Assembly (NCBI RefSeq): GCF_023227905.1
Contig: NZ_JALOCF010000012.1
Location: 32,618-96,617 of the forward strand
Source: Methylobacter sp.
GTDB lineage: Bacteria > Pseudomonadota > Gammaproteobacteria > Methylococcales > Methylomonadaceae
Length of the DNA stretch: 64,000 nt
Direction of reading: 5' to 3'
Positions 31,282-41,046 of the stretch are shown here, in pieces. Every line of letters starts with the position of its first letter. Position 1 is the first letter of the stretch. The notes under the pieces were generated by a model, which searched no databases, was not told the DNA's origin, and worked only from the letters and a program-made list of their open reading frames with translations. The translations under genes were made by a program, and so were the position numbers.

Positions 31282-31419
31282 GTAGGGGGCGCATCGCGCC
31301 CCATTTACAAATACCAAAATGCCCCGATTATTTTAAACATTCCAACGGACAAGCTATTTTTGATGGTCAAAATTCTCAGTATGTTTGGGCTCCGAAATGG
31401 GGCGCAATGCGCCCCCTAC
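31282..31419. repeat. Inverted GTAG-type REP doublet next to the RAYT
   Basis: GTAGGGGGCGCATCGCGCCCCA ... TGGGGCGCAATGCGCCCCCTAC; another GTAG-type end (GCTAACCCGAGCTAC) at about 30627-30641. Confidence 0.8.
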
Positions 31420-31463
31420 CCGGCTTTTGTCATGTGTTCTTCGGTGAACAAGTGTTGGAGTGC

Positions 31464-31670
31464 CTAATACGGAATGCAATAAAAGTCCTCATCAGACTTC
31501 GATCCCCAGAGAACGATATTGAAGCCGGAACCAAATTTCTCCTTCAGCTGGTCAATTGTTCTCTTATTGAATCCCGTCCAACGATTCTTTGAATCTGCTT
31601 TGAGAACATAGTTATTTCCGCCGTTTGAGTGATTCAGAAATTGATCTTTGATTTCCATACTCTTCTTCAT
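31464..31670 (-). CDS. Short AT-rich hypothetical protein, probably a truncated cassette gene
   Basis: RBS GAGGAG; preceded by GTTAGGT; ends close to the REP doublet. Confidence 0.45.
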   Translation of the reverse strand: MKKSMEIKDQFLNHSNGGNNYVLKADSKNRWTGFNKRTIDQLKEKFGSGFNIVLWGSKSDEDFYCIPY

Positions 31671-31782
31671 TCTCCTCGGCGCGAAGCGTCAACCTAACAA
31701 GTTATTATCTGAACCTGGATAACATACAAATCACAAAAAACGGGGTCAAGTCTTGCACCGTGCATGACAATACAAACCCAAC

Positions 31783-32079
31783 TTAACTAACCCTCGTGAG
31801 CCAATATCCCGGACGCCGTCGATGATGGGCAAACGCCGTAATTTGTAATCCATCAGGAATTACCCGATAAAACACTGAATAAGGAAAACGCAATAGTCCG
31901 GTACAGCGAATCCCTGACGGATGAACTAACCGCCAAGCTTCCGGCCGCTCAATAATTAAGGCGATAATTCGTTCAAACTCATGAATAAGCGATTCCCCGA
32001 GTTTGGCTTGCTGCTCTTCATAAAAACGAACCGCCTCTATGTATTCGGCTTCCGCCTCGGGCAGGAAACTATAGTTCAC
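31783..32079 (-). CDS. RelE/ParE family toxin
   Basis: FLPEAEAEYIEAVRFYE...RFPYSVFY...AFAHHRRRPGYW. Confidence 0.9.
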   Translation of the reverse strand: MNYSFLPEAEAEYIEAVRFYEEQQAKLGESLIHEFERIIALIIERPEAWRLVHPSGIRCTGLLRFPYSVFYRVIPDGLQITAFAHHRRRPGYWLTRVS

Positions 32080-32300
32080 CGGATCAACGCGCGTACTTTT
32101 TTTGCCACTTCCTCGCCGGGAATGGCCTGCACCCTGCCGGCATCAAATTCGGCAGCACGGTGCGCGGATGCATCACCCCATAAGCTGTCAAATTCGGACT
32201 CGGATATTTCTTCAAGGCTTAATAAAAGCCGCTTCGCCAACAAGGCTCTATCCTGAATGGGGAGGGAAAAAATTTCAGATTCAAGTTGTGAAAGATTCAT
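32076..32300 (-). CDS. Addiction-module antitoxin (TIGR02574-like)
   Basis: LPIQDRALLAKRLLLSL...W...R..EFDAGRVQAIPGEEV; overlaps the toxin start; probable start ATG 32300. Confidence 0.88.
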   Translation of the reverse strand: MNLSQLESEIFSLPIQDRALLAKRLLLSLEEISESEFDSLWGDASAHRAAEFDAGRVQAIPGEEVAKKVRALIR

Positions 32301-32322
32301 TGTAGAAACTCTATCTATTGCG

Positions 32323-32552
32323 CTGGTTCCCAAGCTCCAGCTTGGGAACCCCAGTCCAGAAAGCTCTCGGCAACCGCTCCTGCGTCGCTTAAAGCGCCTA
32401 CTTTTGGTGCTCTACCTCCTGCATAACCCACAGGGATGTGGGAAATGCAGATATTGCAGGAGCAAATATCTGTCCATACAGTCGTAGCTTTCTATGTTTC
32501 GGGAAGCTGGAGCTTCCTACACTACGTTCCCAAGCTGGAGCTTGGGAACGAG
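32323..32552. repeat. Composite REP doublet (family A, GTTCCCAAGCT-N-AGCTTGGGAAC) with nested GGA-hairpin and 22-bp elements
   Basis: Palindromes at 32323-32351 and 32525-32552; relatives at about 25557, 40809, 42482-42565, 54208, 54349-54552 and 56988-57090. Confidence 0.8.
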
Positions 32553-32560
32553 CAATAATC

Positions 32561-32800
32561 TCAGTCTACATAAAAATTATGTATTTTCCCAACCAAAATC
32601 TTCATCTCTTCCGGCACTTCTACATCAACCATTAAAACTGCGGACAGCTCATCATCCTCAAATCCCAACAACTCAACAAACAAAGCCCTCTCCCCCTGAT
32701 CCGCTACCAAATACCCCGTTTCCAAATACCGGTTCAACAGCTTATCCAGCTCCTTAGTCCCGCGCCGACATTGCCACCTTAACCTTGCCAGCTCGTCCAT
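32561..32800 (-). CDS. sdhE: Succinate dehydrogenase assembly factor
   Basis: RLRWQCRRGTKELD (RGxxE motif); ATG 32800 overlaps the sdhB stop. Confidence 0.9.
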   Translation of the reverse strand: MDELARLRWQCRRGTKELDKLLNRYLETGYLVADQGERALFVELLGFEDDELSAVLMVDVEVPEEMKILVGKIHNFYVD

Positions 32801-33585
32801 CAGCCCAATTTTCTCTGCACCAACAGTTTCTTGGTTTCGGCAATCGCCTTGGCCGGATTCAAGCCCTTGGGACAGGTGTCGGTGCAATTCATAATGGTAT
32901 GGCAACGGTATAATTTAAACGGGTCTTCCAGTTCGTCCAGCCGTTCGCCGGTGTTTTCGTCTCGGCTGTCGACCAGCCAGCGGTAGGCTTGCAGCAGCAC
33001 TGCAGGGCCCAGGTAACGCTCGCTGTTCCACCAGTAACTGGGGCAACTGGTCGAGCAACAGGCGCACAAGATGCAGTCGTATAAGCCATCCAGTTTTTCC
33101 CGGTCTTCTTTGCTTTGCAGACGCTCGGCATCGGCCGGGGGCGGGGTTTGGGTTTCTATCCACGGTTTAATCGAGGCGTATTGGGCAAAGAAATGGGTCG
33201 TATCGGGCACCAGGTCTTTAATGACTTGCAAATGCGGCAGCGGATAAATTTTGATGGTGCCGGAATAGGAATCGATGGCTTTGGTGCAGGCTAGAGAGTT
33301 TTTCCCGTTGATGTTCATAGCACAGGAGCCGCACACGCCTTCGCGGCAGGAACGTCTAAAGGTTAAGGTGCTGTCGACTTCGTTCTTGATTTTCAGGATC
33401 GCGTCCAGCACCATCGGGCCGCAGCTGTCCATATCCAGCTCGAAGGCATCGATACGCGGGTTCTCGCCGGACTCGGGGTCCCAGCGATACACTTCAAAGC
33501 GGCGGATGTTGGTTGCTCCGACAGGCGCTTTAAAGGTTTTGCCTTCGATTAAAACCGAGTTTTTAGGCAGGGTAAATTCAGCCAT
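32800..33585 (-). CDS. sdhB: Succinate dehydrogenase iron-sulfur subunit
   Basis: [34 protein letters not shown]. Confidence 0.97.
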   Translation of the reverse strand: MAEFTLPKNSVLIEGKTFKAPVGATNIRRFEVYRWDPESGENPRIDAFELDMDSCGPMVLDAILKIKNEVDSTLTFRRSCREGVCGSCAMNINGKNSLACTKAIDSYSGTIKIYPLPHLQVIKDLVPDTTHFFAQYASIKPWIETQTPPPADAERLQSKEDREKLDGLYDCILCACCSTSCPSYWWNSERYLGPAVLLQAYRWLVDSRDENTGERLDELEDPFKLYRCHTIMNCTDTCPKGLNPAKAIAETKKLLVQRKLG

Positions 33586-35369
33586 CAGTACACCCTCTCT
33601 TTCGGTGGAATTACGTCGACGTCATCGGTTAATGTGTACATGTGTACCGGCCTGTAATCGATTTTAACTTGATCATCGCTTAGCCAGGTCAGGGTATGCT
33701 TCAACCAGTTTTCGTCATCGCGGTTCGGGTAATCTTCCCGTGCATGGCCGCCCCGGCTTTCGGTGCGGTTGCCTGCCGCGTTGATCGCTACGGTAGCTTG
33801 GCTTAAAAGGTTGTCCAACTCCAGCGTTTCAACCAGATCGGTATTCCAGATTAAGGATTTATCCGTCACGTTGACGTCGGCAAAGGTTTTCCTGACTTCG
33901 GCCATCATGTTGATACCTTCGGTCAGCGTCGAGCCGGTTCTGAACACCGCCGCTTTGGCTTGCATGACTTTTTGCATATCCAGGCGAATGTCGGCGGTGC
34001 TGCGGTTGCCCTTGGCATTACGGATTTTATCGAAGCGGGCGATGGCTTTATCGCAGGCATTGCTCGCCAACGGTTTTTGCCTTGATCCGGGCTTGATCAG
34101 TTCGGCGCAACGTATCGCGGCGGAGCGGCCGAACACCACCAGATCGAGCAGCGAGTTTGACCCCAGGCGATTCGCGCCATGCACGGAAACGCAGGCCGCT
34201 TCGCCGATCGCCATCAGGCCCGGCACAACCGCATCGGGGTCGCCGTCTTTCAAAGTCACGACTTCGGCTTTGTAATTGGTTGGAATGCCGCCCATGTTGT
34301 AATGCACGGTCGGCAACACCGGAATCGGCTGTTTGGTGATGTCGACATTGGCAAAAATCTTCGACGTTTCGGAAATACCCGGCAAACGCTCGTGGATAAT
34401 CGCCGGATCAAGATGTTCGATGTGCAGATAAATATGATCTTTAAGCGGTCCTACGCCGCGGCCTTCATGGATTTCAATGGTCATCGCGCGGCTAACCACG
34501 TCGCGCGACGCCAAATCCTTCGCTGACGGAGCATAACGTTCCATGAAACGCTCGCCTTCGGAGTTGGTCAGGTAGCCGCCCTCGCCTCTTACGCCTTCGG
34601 TAATCAAACAGCCCGCGCCGTAAATGCCGGTCGGATGAAACTGGATGAACTCCATATCCTGCAACGGCAATCCGGCGCGCAATACCATCGCGTTGCCGTC
34701 GCCGGTCACGGTATGCGCCGAAGTGCAGGAAAAAAACGTGCGCCCGTAACCGCCGGTCGCCAGTACGGTCATTTGGGACTTGAATAAATGCAGCGAGCCG
34801 TCATCCAGGCACCAGGCCAATACGCCGCGGCATTCGCCGTCTTCCATAATCAAGTCCAGCGCGATGTATTCGACGAAAAACTCGGCTTTATGCTTTAACG
34901 ACTGCTGGTACAGGGTATGCAATATCGCATGGCCGGTTTTGTCGGCCGCCGCGCAGGTGCGTTGCGCCAAGCCTGTGCCGTAATGCGTGGTCATGCCGCC
35001 GAATGCTCGCTGGTAGATTTTGCCATCGCTGGTGCGGGAGAACGGCACGCCGTAATGCTCCAACTCGATCACGGCGGGAATGGCTTCGCGGCACATGTAT
35101 TCAATCGCGTCCTGATCGCCCAGCCAATCGGAGCCTTTGACGGTGTCGTACATATGAAAACGCCAGTCGTCTTCGCCCATATTGCCCAGCGCCGCGCTGA
35201 TGCCGCCCTGCGCGGCGACGGTATGACTGCGGGTTGGAAAGACTTTAGTGATGCAGGCGGTTTTCAGGCCTTTTTCCGCCATGCCCAAGGTAGCGCGAAG
35301 ACCGGCGCCGCCCGCGCCCACCACCACTACATCGTAAGCATGTTCAATAATTTTGTAAGCTGCTGCCAT
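33585..35369 (-). CDS. sdhA: Succinate dehydrogenase flavoprotein subunit
   Basis: [33 protein letters not shown]. Confidence 0.98.
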   Translation of the reverse strand: MAAAYKIIEHAYDVVVVGAGGAGLRATLGMAEKGLKTACITKVFPTRSHTVAAQGGISAALGNMGEDDWRFHMYDTVKGSDWLGDQDAIEYMCREAIPAVIELEHYGVPFSRTSDGKIYQRAFGGMTTHYGTGLAQRTCAAADKTGHAILHTLYQQSLKHKAEFFVEYIALDLIMEDGECRGVLAWCLDDGSLHLFKSQMTVLATGGYGRTFFSCTSAHTVTGDGNAMVLRAGLPLQDMEFIQFHPTGIYGAGCLITEGVRGEGGYLTNSEGERFMERYAPSAKDLASRDVVSRAMTIEIHEGRGVGPLKDHIYLHIEHLDPAIIHERLPGISETSKIFANVDITKQPIPVLPTVHYNMGGIPTNYKAEVVTLKDGDPDAVVPGLMAIGEAACVSVHGANRLGSNSLLDLVVFGRSAAIRCAELIKPGSRQKPLASNACDKAIARFDKIRNAKGNRSTADIRLDMQKVMQAKAAVFRTGSTLTEGINMMAEVRKTFADVNVTDKSLIWNTDLVETLELDNLLSQATVAINAAGNRTESRGGHAREDYPNRDDENWLKHTLTWLSDDQVKIDYRPVHMYTLTDDVDVIPPKERVY

Positions 35370-35372
35370 GAA

Positions 35373-35753
35373 TCACCCTATCGATACAACGCGAAACACG
35401 GCCAATAAAGCCGTAAGCGCCAAAAACAAGAAAGCCAGGTTGACGGCCCAGATTGAGATGATCTTGGGGCCTTCGGCGGCTATGTAATCTTCAATCACCA
35501 CCTGCAAGCCCAACGCAGCGTGGTAAAAAGCGGCGATGATCCAGGCTATGATGCAAATGGTATTAACAGGCGACACTAACCAATCTAAGGTTTGCTGATA
35601 GGGAGCCGTCATGCTCAAGCCCAGAAATTTGATCAGCCAAAAGGTCAACGGAACCAGAGCCGCGGCGGTAATGCGCTGCATCCACCAGTGGCCCGTTCCG
35701 CTTTTGGCAGAACCCAAGCCCTTAGCCCTGGATAAAGGCGTTCTATAATCCAT
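35373..35753 (-). CDS. sdhD: Succinate dehydrogenase hydrophobic anchor
   Basis: HWWMQRITA, HAALGLQVVIEDY. Confidence 0.95.
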   Translation of the reverse strand: MDYRTPLSRAKGLGSAKSGTGHWWMQRITAAALVPLTFWLIKFLGLSMTAPYQQTLDWLVSPVNTICIIAWIIAAFYHAALGLQVVIEDYIAAEGPKIISIWAVNLAFLFLALTALLAVFRVVSIG

Positions 35754-36132
35754 AATGCCCCCATATGAAAGTCATCAACGTCAGCACCAACGAAGCCGCC
35801 AGCTCAATCATGGCGTATCGGTTTAGCGTTTCAAGTTCAAAGCTGTTGCCGGTATCCCAAATCAAATGGCGGATACCGTGGCACAGGTGGAAAAACAGCG
35901 CGTAGATGAAGCCCCAAACTACCAGCTTGAACAGCCATTGGTTCATAACTGTCTGCATTGTGTCGTATGACTCGCCGCCGCCCGCCAGCGCTGAAATAAC
36001 ATAAACAAATAAGACCAAACCGGCTGAGAGCATAACGCCGGTCATGCGGTGAGTGATGGAAATAATGCCTGTTAAAGGCAATCTGTAGACTTGCAGGTGC
36101 GGGGACGTAGGTCTGTTAGTGTTTATCGCCAT
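35743..36132 (-). CDS. sdhC: Succinate dehydrogenase cytochrome b556 subunit
   Basis: RPTSPHLQVY, SITHRMTG, HLCHGIRHLIWD. Confidence 0.95.
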   Translation of the reverse strand: MAINTNRPTSPHLQVYRLPLTGIISITHRMTGVMLSAGLVLFVYVISALAGGGESYDTMQTVMNQWLFKLVVWGFIYALFFHLCHGIRHLIWDTGNSFELETLNRYAMIELAASLVLTLMTFIWGHYGL

Positions 36133-36418
36133 AATGTTATCCCGTTATTATGTTTAGCCAATAGGCTTCCAAATCAAAATTCGATGCAATAACCGCAGCA
36201 GGAAGAAGGCTCCGGTTTTTTTAACCTTTTTTGCCCGTTGCGGCAAACTCTGACTCTTAAGCAACATCACCACGAGCATCAGCTGAATTAGTTTTACCAC
36301 ATATTGCAAATGCCCGCTAAGGTAAAAAACCGTAATTTATAACCGGCGAATTGAAAATCATAGACCTAAAAATACCGCCGCTTTCTTCAAATAGATATTG
36401 AAGTAGCTGCGGTAAGAA

Positions 36419-39400
36419 TCACTCTTCCTTGTTAATCAAAAAATAAACCACCGGTATCACCAGCAGAGAAAACAAAGTCGAGGCAAAAATTCCGAAAATA
36501 AAACTCCAGGCCAGCCCCGAAAAGATTGGGTCCAGGATAATCACAAACGCGCCGAACATCGCCGCTCCGGCTGTCAGGAATATCGGCCGCAGGCGAATCG
36601 CACCGGCTTCAATCAAAGCGTCTGCCAGCGTCACATCGGCACGGGCGCGGATGCGTTCGATAAAATCGATCAAAATAATTGAGTTGCGCACCACGATACC
36701 GGCCAATGCAATCATGCCGATCATTGCCGTGGCGGTGAAATAGATCGGGTTCGGATAACCGGCGACAGGCGCAGCAAACAGATTGAGCACCCAGAAGCCC
36801 GGCATGATGCCGATAACAGTCAGCGGGATGGCGATCATCATCACCAACGGCACGCTCAACGATCCGGTTTGCCCAACCAGCAAGATATAGATCATTACCA
36901 AAGCGGCGGCAAAGGCCAAGCCAAGATCGCGAAATACATCGACAGTGATTTTCCATTCGCCCTCGCCTGCCAGTTCGGCGGTATAGCCTTGCGGCAATGG
37001 ACGTTCGTCAAACACGTCATTTAAATCGAAAACCGCTTCCACCGGGCTGCGTCCGGCCATTCCGGCAATCACATAGTTCACCCGTTGCAGGTTCTTGTGA
37101 AAGATAGGCTGGTCTTCGGTTTCTATATTGGCGCTGCCCAGTTCGCTTAACGGCATCAAATCGCCCTGTCCGGTTTTAACGCGCAAGGCCAATAAATCGG
37201 CAACAGACGAGCGAAGCGCACGAGGCAGTTGCAAAGTAATTTCCAGCGGTTGGCGTTCGCTGTCTATATGCACAATGCCGACCGTCTGGCCTGCGGCCGC
37301 AATACGCAGGGTTTGGGCGACTTGCTCGACACTGACGCCGGATAGCGCAGCTTTCTCCCGGTTCAGGTGAAAATGCACTTTTTCATGTTGCGCTTCGGAA
37401 TAATCATCGACATCGACCACGCCTTCGGTTTTTTCCATATCGGCCCTGACGCGCTTGGAGACCGCGACCAAATCGCCGATGCTCGCTTCCGGCGGACCGT
37501 AGATTTCGGCGACCAGATCGGAAAGCACCGGCGGTCCCGGCGGGATTTCCGTAATCTTAAGATTTACGCCGTATTGCTTGCCTATCCGTTCTATTTCGGG
37601 CCGAATGCGCAACGCGATTTCGTGCGATTGCTGCTCGCGCCGGTCTTTAGCTAATAAATTAATCCTGACTTCACCGACATGACCGCCGCTACGCAAATAA
37701 TAATGCCGAACCATGCCGTTAAAATCCATCGGTGCGGCTAGACCCGTATAAGTTTGATAATCGGTGACTTCATTGACGGTAGCCAAATAGCTACCCAGCG
37801 CCCGAGCGACTTCATCGGTTTGTTCCAGCGTCGAACCGCGCGGCATATCGATGATGATTTGCAGCTCGTTTTTATTGTCGAACGGCAATAATTTCAGCGG
37901 CACGGCGCGGGTCACAGCCAGCAAGGTCGAAGCCACAAAGGCTATCAATACAATCAGCAAGAATAATTTGGCGCGCCCGGTAGTTTCAAGTAAAGGCCCG
38001 AGTGCCGCGCGATAAGCTCGATAGATGTACGTCTGTTTGAGCTCTAGCGGCGCTTCTTCGCTGTGATTATGATATTCGCTTTGCAGCAGTTTGAAACTGG
38101 CCCAGGGCGTTACGGTAAACGCAACGATCAACGAAACGATCATCGCGATCGGCACGTTAAACGCCATCGGCGCCATGTACGGCCCCATCATGCCGGTGAT
38201 AAAAAACATCGGCAGGAACGACACGATTACCGTGAACGTCGCCAGAATAGTCGGCGGCCTGACTTCATCAACTGCCGTCAACAGTGCTTGCAGCGGCGAT
38301 TCTTTGCGTAATTTATAATGCCTGTGAATATTTTCGACATCGACAATCGGGTCGTCGACCAGCAGGCCCAATGCCAGGATTAACGCAAACAAGGTAACGC
38401 GGTTGATCGTGTAACCGGAGATATAATCCAGCAACAAAGTCAGCGCCAAGGTCATCGGTACGGCAATCGACACGATGAACGACTCTTTCAGCCCCAGCGA
38501 AAAAGCCAGCAATACCACGATAATCACGACAGCAAAACTCAAATGCTTAACCAGTTCGTTAACCTTGTGGTTGGCTGTTTCACCGTAATCGCGGCTGACG
38601 CTCATCAAGATATCATCGGGAATCAACGTGCCGTGCAATTTTTCTGCGGTCGCGATAACGGCTTCGGCGACATCCACGGCATTACTGCCTTTACGTTTGG
38701 CGACGGCAAGAGTAACCATCTGACGCTCTTGCCCAACTTGCGGCTGGTTGCCGGCGGCTTTGCCGATAGTCGGCATCTCATCGACAGCAGGGCCAAAGCC
38801 GATACGGGTGTAATGATCAACATCGGCCGGGCCGTCTTCAATCCGCGCGACATCGCGCAGGTAAACAGGCCGCCCGGCAACGCTTTTAATGACGGTCGCT
38901 CCCACTTCTGCCGACGACTCAAAATGCGGCCCGGCTTCCAGCAGGATTTCACGGTTGCCGCGCTCAATGCTGCCGACTTGCAGATTGACATTGGCACTGG
39001 ACAGCGCTTGGGTAATTTCAAGCAAAGTTACGCCATGCGCGGCCAGCGCGGCAGGGTTGGCATAAATCGATACACGCCGCGGCTCGCCGCCGACAACCCA
39101 GCTTTTACCGACATCGCCGACGCTTCTCAAGGAAATAATCAGCTCATCGGCGATACGGCGCAAGGCCATCGAATCGTAACTATCGTTCTGCGCCGAAAGC
39201 GTCAGCAACACAATGGGGACGTCATCGATTTCAACCGGCGACACTTTCCAGTGCGTTACGCCCGGCGGAATCAGGTTCTGGTTGGACATCATCCTGTCCC
39301 AGGTCTTGACCAGACTGTCTTCAGAATCCTGACCGACAAAATAACGCACAGTCACCACCGCAGCGCCCGGCCTGGAAATGGAATACACATATTCCACGCC

Positions 39401-39664
39401 TTCAATCTGTTTGAGCAGGACCTCCAGCGGCGTGGCAACCAGCTTTTCAACTTCTTCACTGGAAGCGCCCGGATATTCAACCAGCACATCCATAACCGGC
39501 ACGACTATTTGCGGATCTTCTTCACGGGGCGTCAGGATCAGCGCCGCCGCTCCTGCCAACAGCGAGATGATCAGGAACAGTATCGACAACTGGGAAGTGG
39601 TAAAAACCTCGACAATTCGGGTTGTCAATCCACGCTTGGGGCTTTCATTGTGCAGGCTGTCCAT
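36419..39664 (-). CDS. RND efflux permease (AcrB/CzcA superfamily)
   Basis: 1081 aa; PREEDPQI, GLLVDDPIVDVENI, RLRPIFLT. Confidence 0.95.
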   Translation of the reverse strand: MDSLHNESPKRGLTTRIVEVFTTSQLSILFLIISLLAGAAALILTPREEDPQIVVPVMDVLVEYPGASSEEVEKLVATPLEVLLKQIEGVEYVYSISRPGAAVVTVRYFVGQDSEDSLVKTWDRMMSNQNLIPPGVTHWKVSPVEIDDVPIVLLTLSAQNDSYDSMALRRIADELIISLRSVGDVGKSWVVGGEPRRVSIYANPAALAAHGVTLLEITQALSSANVNLQVGSIERGNREILLEAGPHFESSAEVGATVIKSVAGRPVYLRDVARIEDGPADVDHYTRIGFGPAVDEMPTIGKAAGNQPQVGQERQMVTLAVAKRKGSNAVDVAEAVIATAEKLHGTLIPDDILMSVSRDYGETANHKVNELVKHLSFAVVIIVVLLAFSLGLKESFIVSIAVPMTLALTLLLDYISGYTINRVTLFALILALGLLVDDPIVDVENIHRHYKLRKESPLQALLTAVDEVRPPTILATFTVIVSFLPMFFITGMMGPYMAPMAFNVPIAMIVSLIVAFTVTPWASFKLLQSEYHNHSEEAPLELKQTYIYRAYRAALGPLLETTGRAKLFLLIVLIAFVASTLLAVTRAVPLKLLPFDNKNELQIIIDMPRGSTLEQTDEVARALGSYLATVNEVTDYQTYTGLAAPMDFNGMVRHYYLRSGGHVGEVRINLLAKDRREQQSHEIALRIRPEIERIGKQYGVNLKITEIPPGPPVLSDLVAEIYGPPEASIGDLVAVSKRVRADMEKTEGVVDVDDYSEAQHEKVHFHLNREKAALSGVSVEQVAQTLRIAAAGQTVGIVHIDSERQPLEITLQLPRALRSSVADLLALRVKTGQGDLMPLSELGSANIETEDQPIFHKNLQRVNYVIAGMAGRSPVEAVFDLNDVFDERPLPQGYTAELAGEGEWKITVDVFRDLGLAFAAALVMIYILLVGQTGSLSVPLVMMIAIPLTVIGIMPGFWVLNLFAAPVAGYPNPIYFTATAMIGMIALAGIVVRNSIILIDFIERIRARADVTLADALIEAGAIRLRPIFLTAGAAMFGAFVIILDPIFSGLAWSFIFGIFASTLFSLLVIPVVYFLINKEE

Positions 39665-40746
39665 TATTGGGCCTGCTGCGGATGGGTTATAACGGTTTCA
39701 CCGGCGTGCAAGCCGGAAATGACTTCAACTTGGTCGCCAAAGCTCTTGCCGGTCCTGATATGGCGCGTCAGTTGTCTCCCATCCGACAAGACCTTGACGA
39801 TCTCCAGTTGGCCGATATGTTGCACAGCGCTGGCAGGAATCAATAACGCTTCGTGCTGGCCGCAAGCTTGTTCCAGCCAGCCGAAATAGCCCGGTTGCAG
39901 GCCTTCGATGGCAGGCAGCGCGACCTTGATCAGCTGGGTGCGTGTTTGCGGGTCAACTTCGGGGCTGATCTCGTCAATCTGCGCTTGGGTGGTTACGTCC
40001 AGCGTATCGATGCGCACCTTAACATCCATGCCGATGCTGTAACGTCCGGCGCAAGTGTTCGGCACGTCGGCTTCAAGCCTTAGTCCTTGGGGTGTTTGCA
40101 AGGTCACTACAGGGACGCCGGGCAGCGCCATGTCGCCGGGTTCCTTAAGGCGCTTAACAACGATGCCGTCAAAAGGGGCGACTAAATGCGTATCAGATAG
40201 ATGAGTCCTGATTTCAGTGATCACGCTGTTTGCCTGACTCACAGCGGCTTGAGCCTCTTTTGCCCTGGCGACTGCGGCATCAAAACTTTCCCGGGTTGCC
40301 GCCTCTTTACCGTACAAGCTGCGGGTGCGCTGTTCGTCCGCCTGGGCGCGGCTTGCCTGGGCCTTGGCACTGGCAAGTGCCGCTAGGGCTGCATTCTCCT
40401 GAGCCTTAACGTCGCGTTCGTCGAGCAGGGCGATTGCATCGCCTTTTTTGACTTTATCGCCCGCATTGACCTTGATCTCAAGAATCCGTGCGGTCATTTT
40501 TGGTGCAATATTGGCAACGGTTCTCGACTTTACCGTGCCGGGCCAGGCCAGAATATCGTCAATCTGCCTCTTTTCAACAACCGCTGTGTTGCTGGGCGGG
40601 TTTGAATCGCCAGCCTGCGGGCTTTGTCCGGGCGGCACTTTGCTGACAAAACTGCCCTGCATATAAAGCAGTAATAAAATCAAGGCTAAAACAGCTGCGG
40701 AAATAGCAAGGATTTTATTAGTATTTTTAGATTCGGTCACTGACAT
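39664..40746 (-). CDS. RND periplasmic adaptor (MFP)
   Basis: N-terminal anchor, VNAGDKVKKGD, LVAPFDGIV, EVISGLHAGE. Confidence 0.95.
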   Translation of the reverse strand: MSVTESKNTNKILAISAAVLALILLLLYMQGSFVSKVPPGQSPQAGDSNPPSNTAVVEKRQIDDILAWPGTVKSRTVANIAPKMTARILEIKVNAGDKVKKGDAIALLDERDVKAQENAALAALASAKAQASRAQADEQRTRSLYGKEAATRESFDAAVARAKEAQAAVSQANSVITEIRTHLSDTHLVAPFDGIVVKRLKEPGDMALPGVPVVTLQTPQGLRLEADVPNTCAGRYSIGMDVKVRIDTLDVTTQAQIDEISPEVDPQTRTQLIKVALPAIEGLQPGYFGWLEQACGQHEALLIPASAVQHIGQLEIVKVLSDGRQLTRHIRTGKSFGDQVEVISGLHAGETVITHPQQAQ

Positions 40747-40928
40747 AAGATTCTCTTTATCTTAGATAAATCATTGGGTCCACCAAAAGCACGAAAGACA
40801 CGAAAACTCTCGTTTCCACGCTCCGGCGCCCCGATTGCCGGAATGCCCACCTTGGCTGACGTCGGGCGGTCTTACTTGTACCCTATGGGTATTCCGTCCG
40901 GCCTGCATCTGTCGTGAACGTTGCGCAT

Positions 40929-41013
40929 TAGACCTTCCAGGTTTTACGACTGCCATGGATGGCGGAAGTACTGGAGCCGCCGGGAGCGGCTCCAGTAAAA
41001 ACCTGGCAGGTCT
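40929..41013. repeat. Palindromic repeat carrying a 51-bp GGA-hairpin insert
   Basis: Arms TAGACCTTCCAGGTTTT / AAAACCTGGCAGGTCTA around insert 40946-40996. Confidence 0.75.
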
Positions 41014-41046
41014 ACATTGCACGATGAACGCCGTGCTAATTATTAT

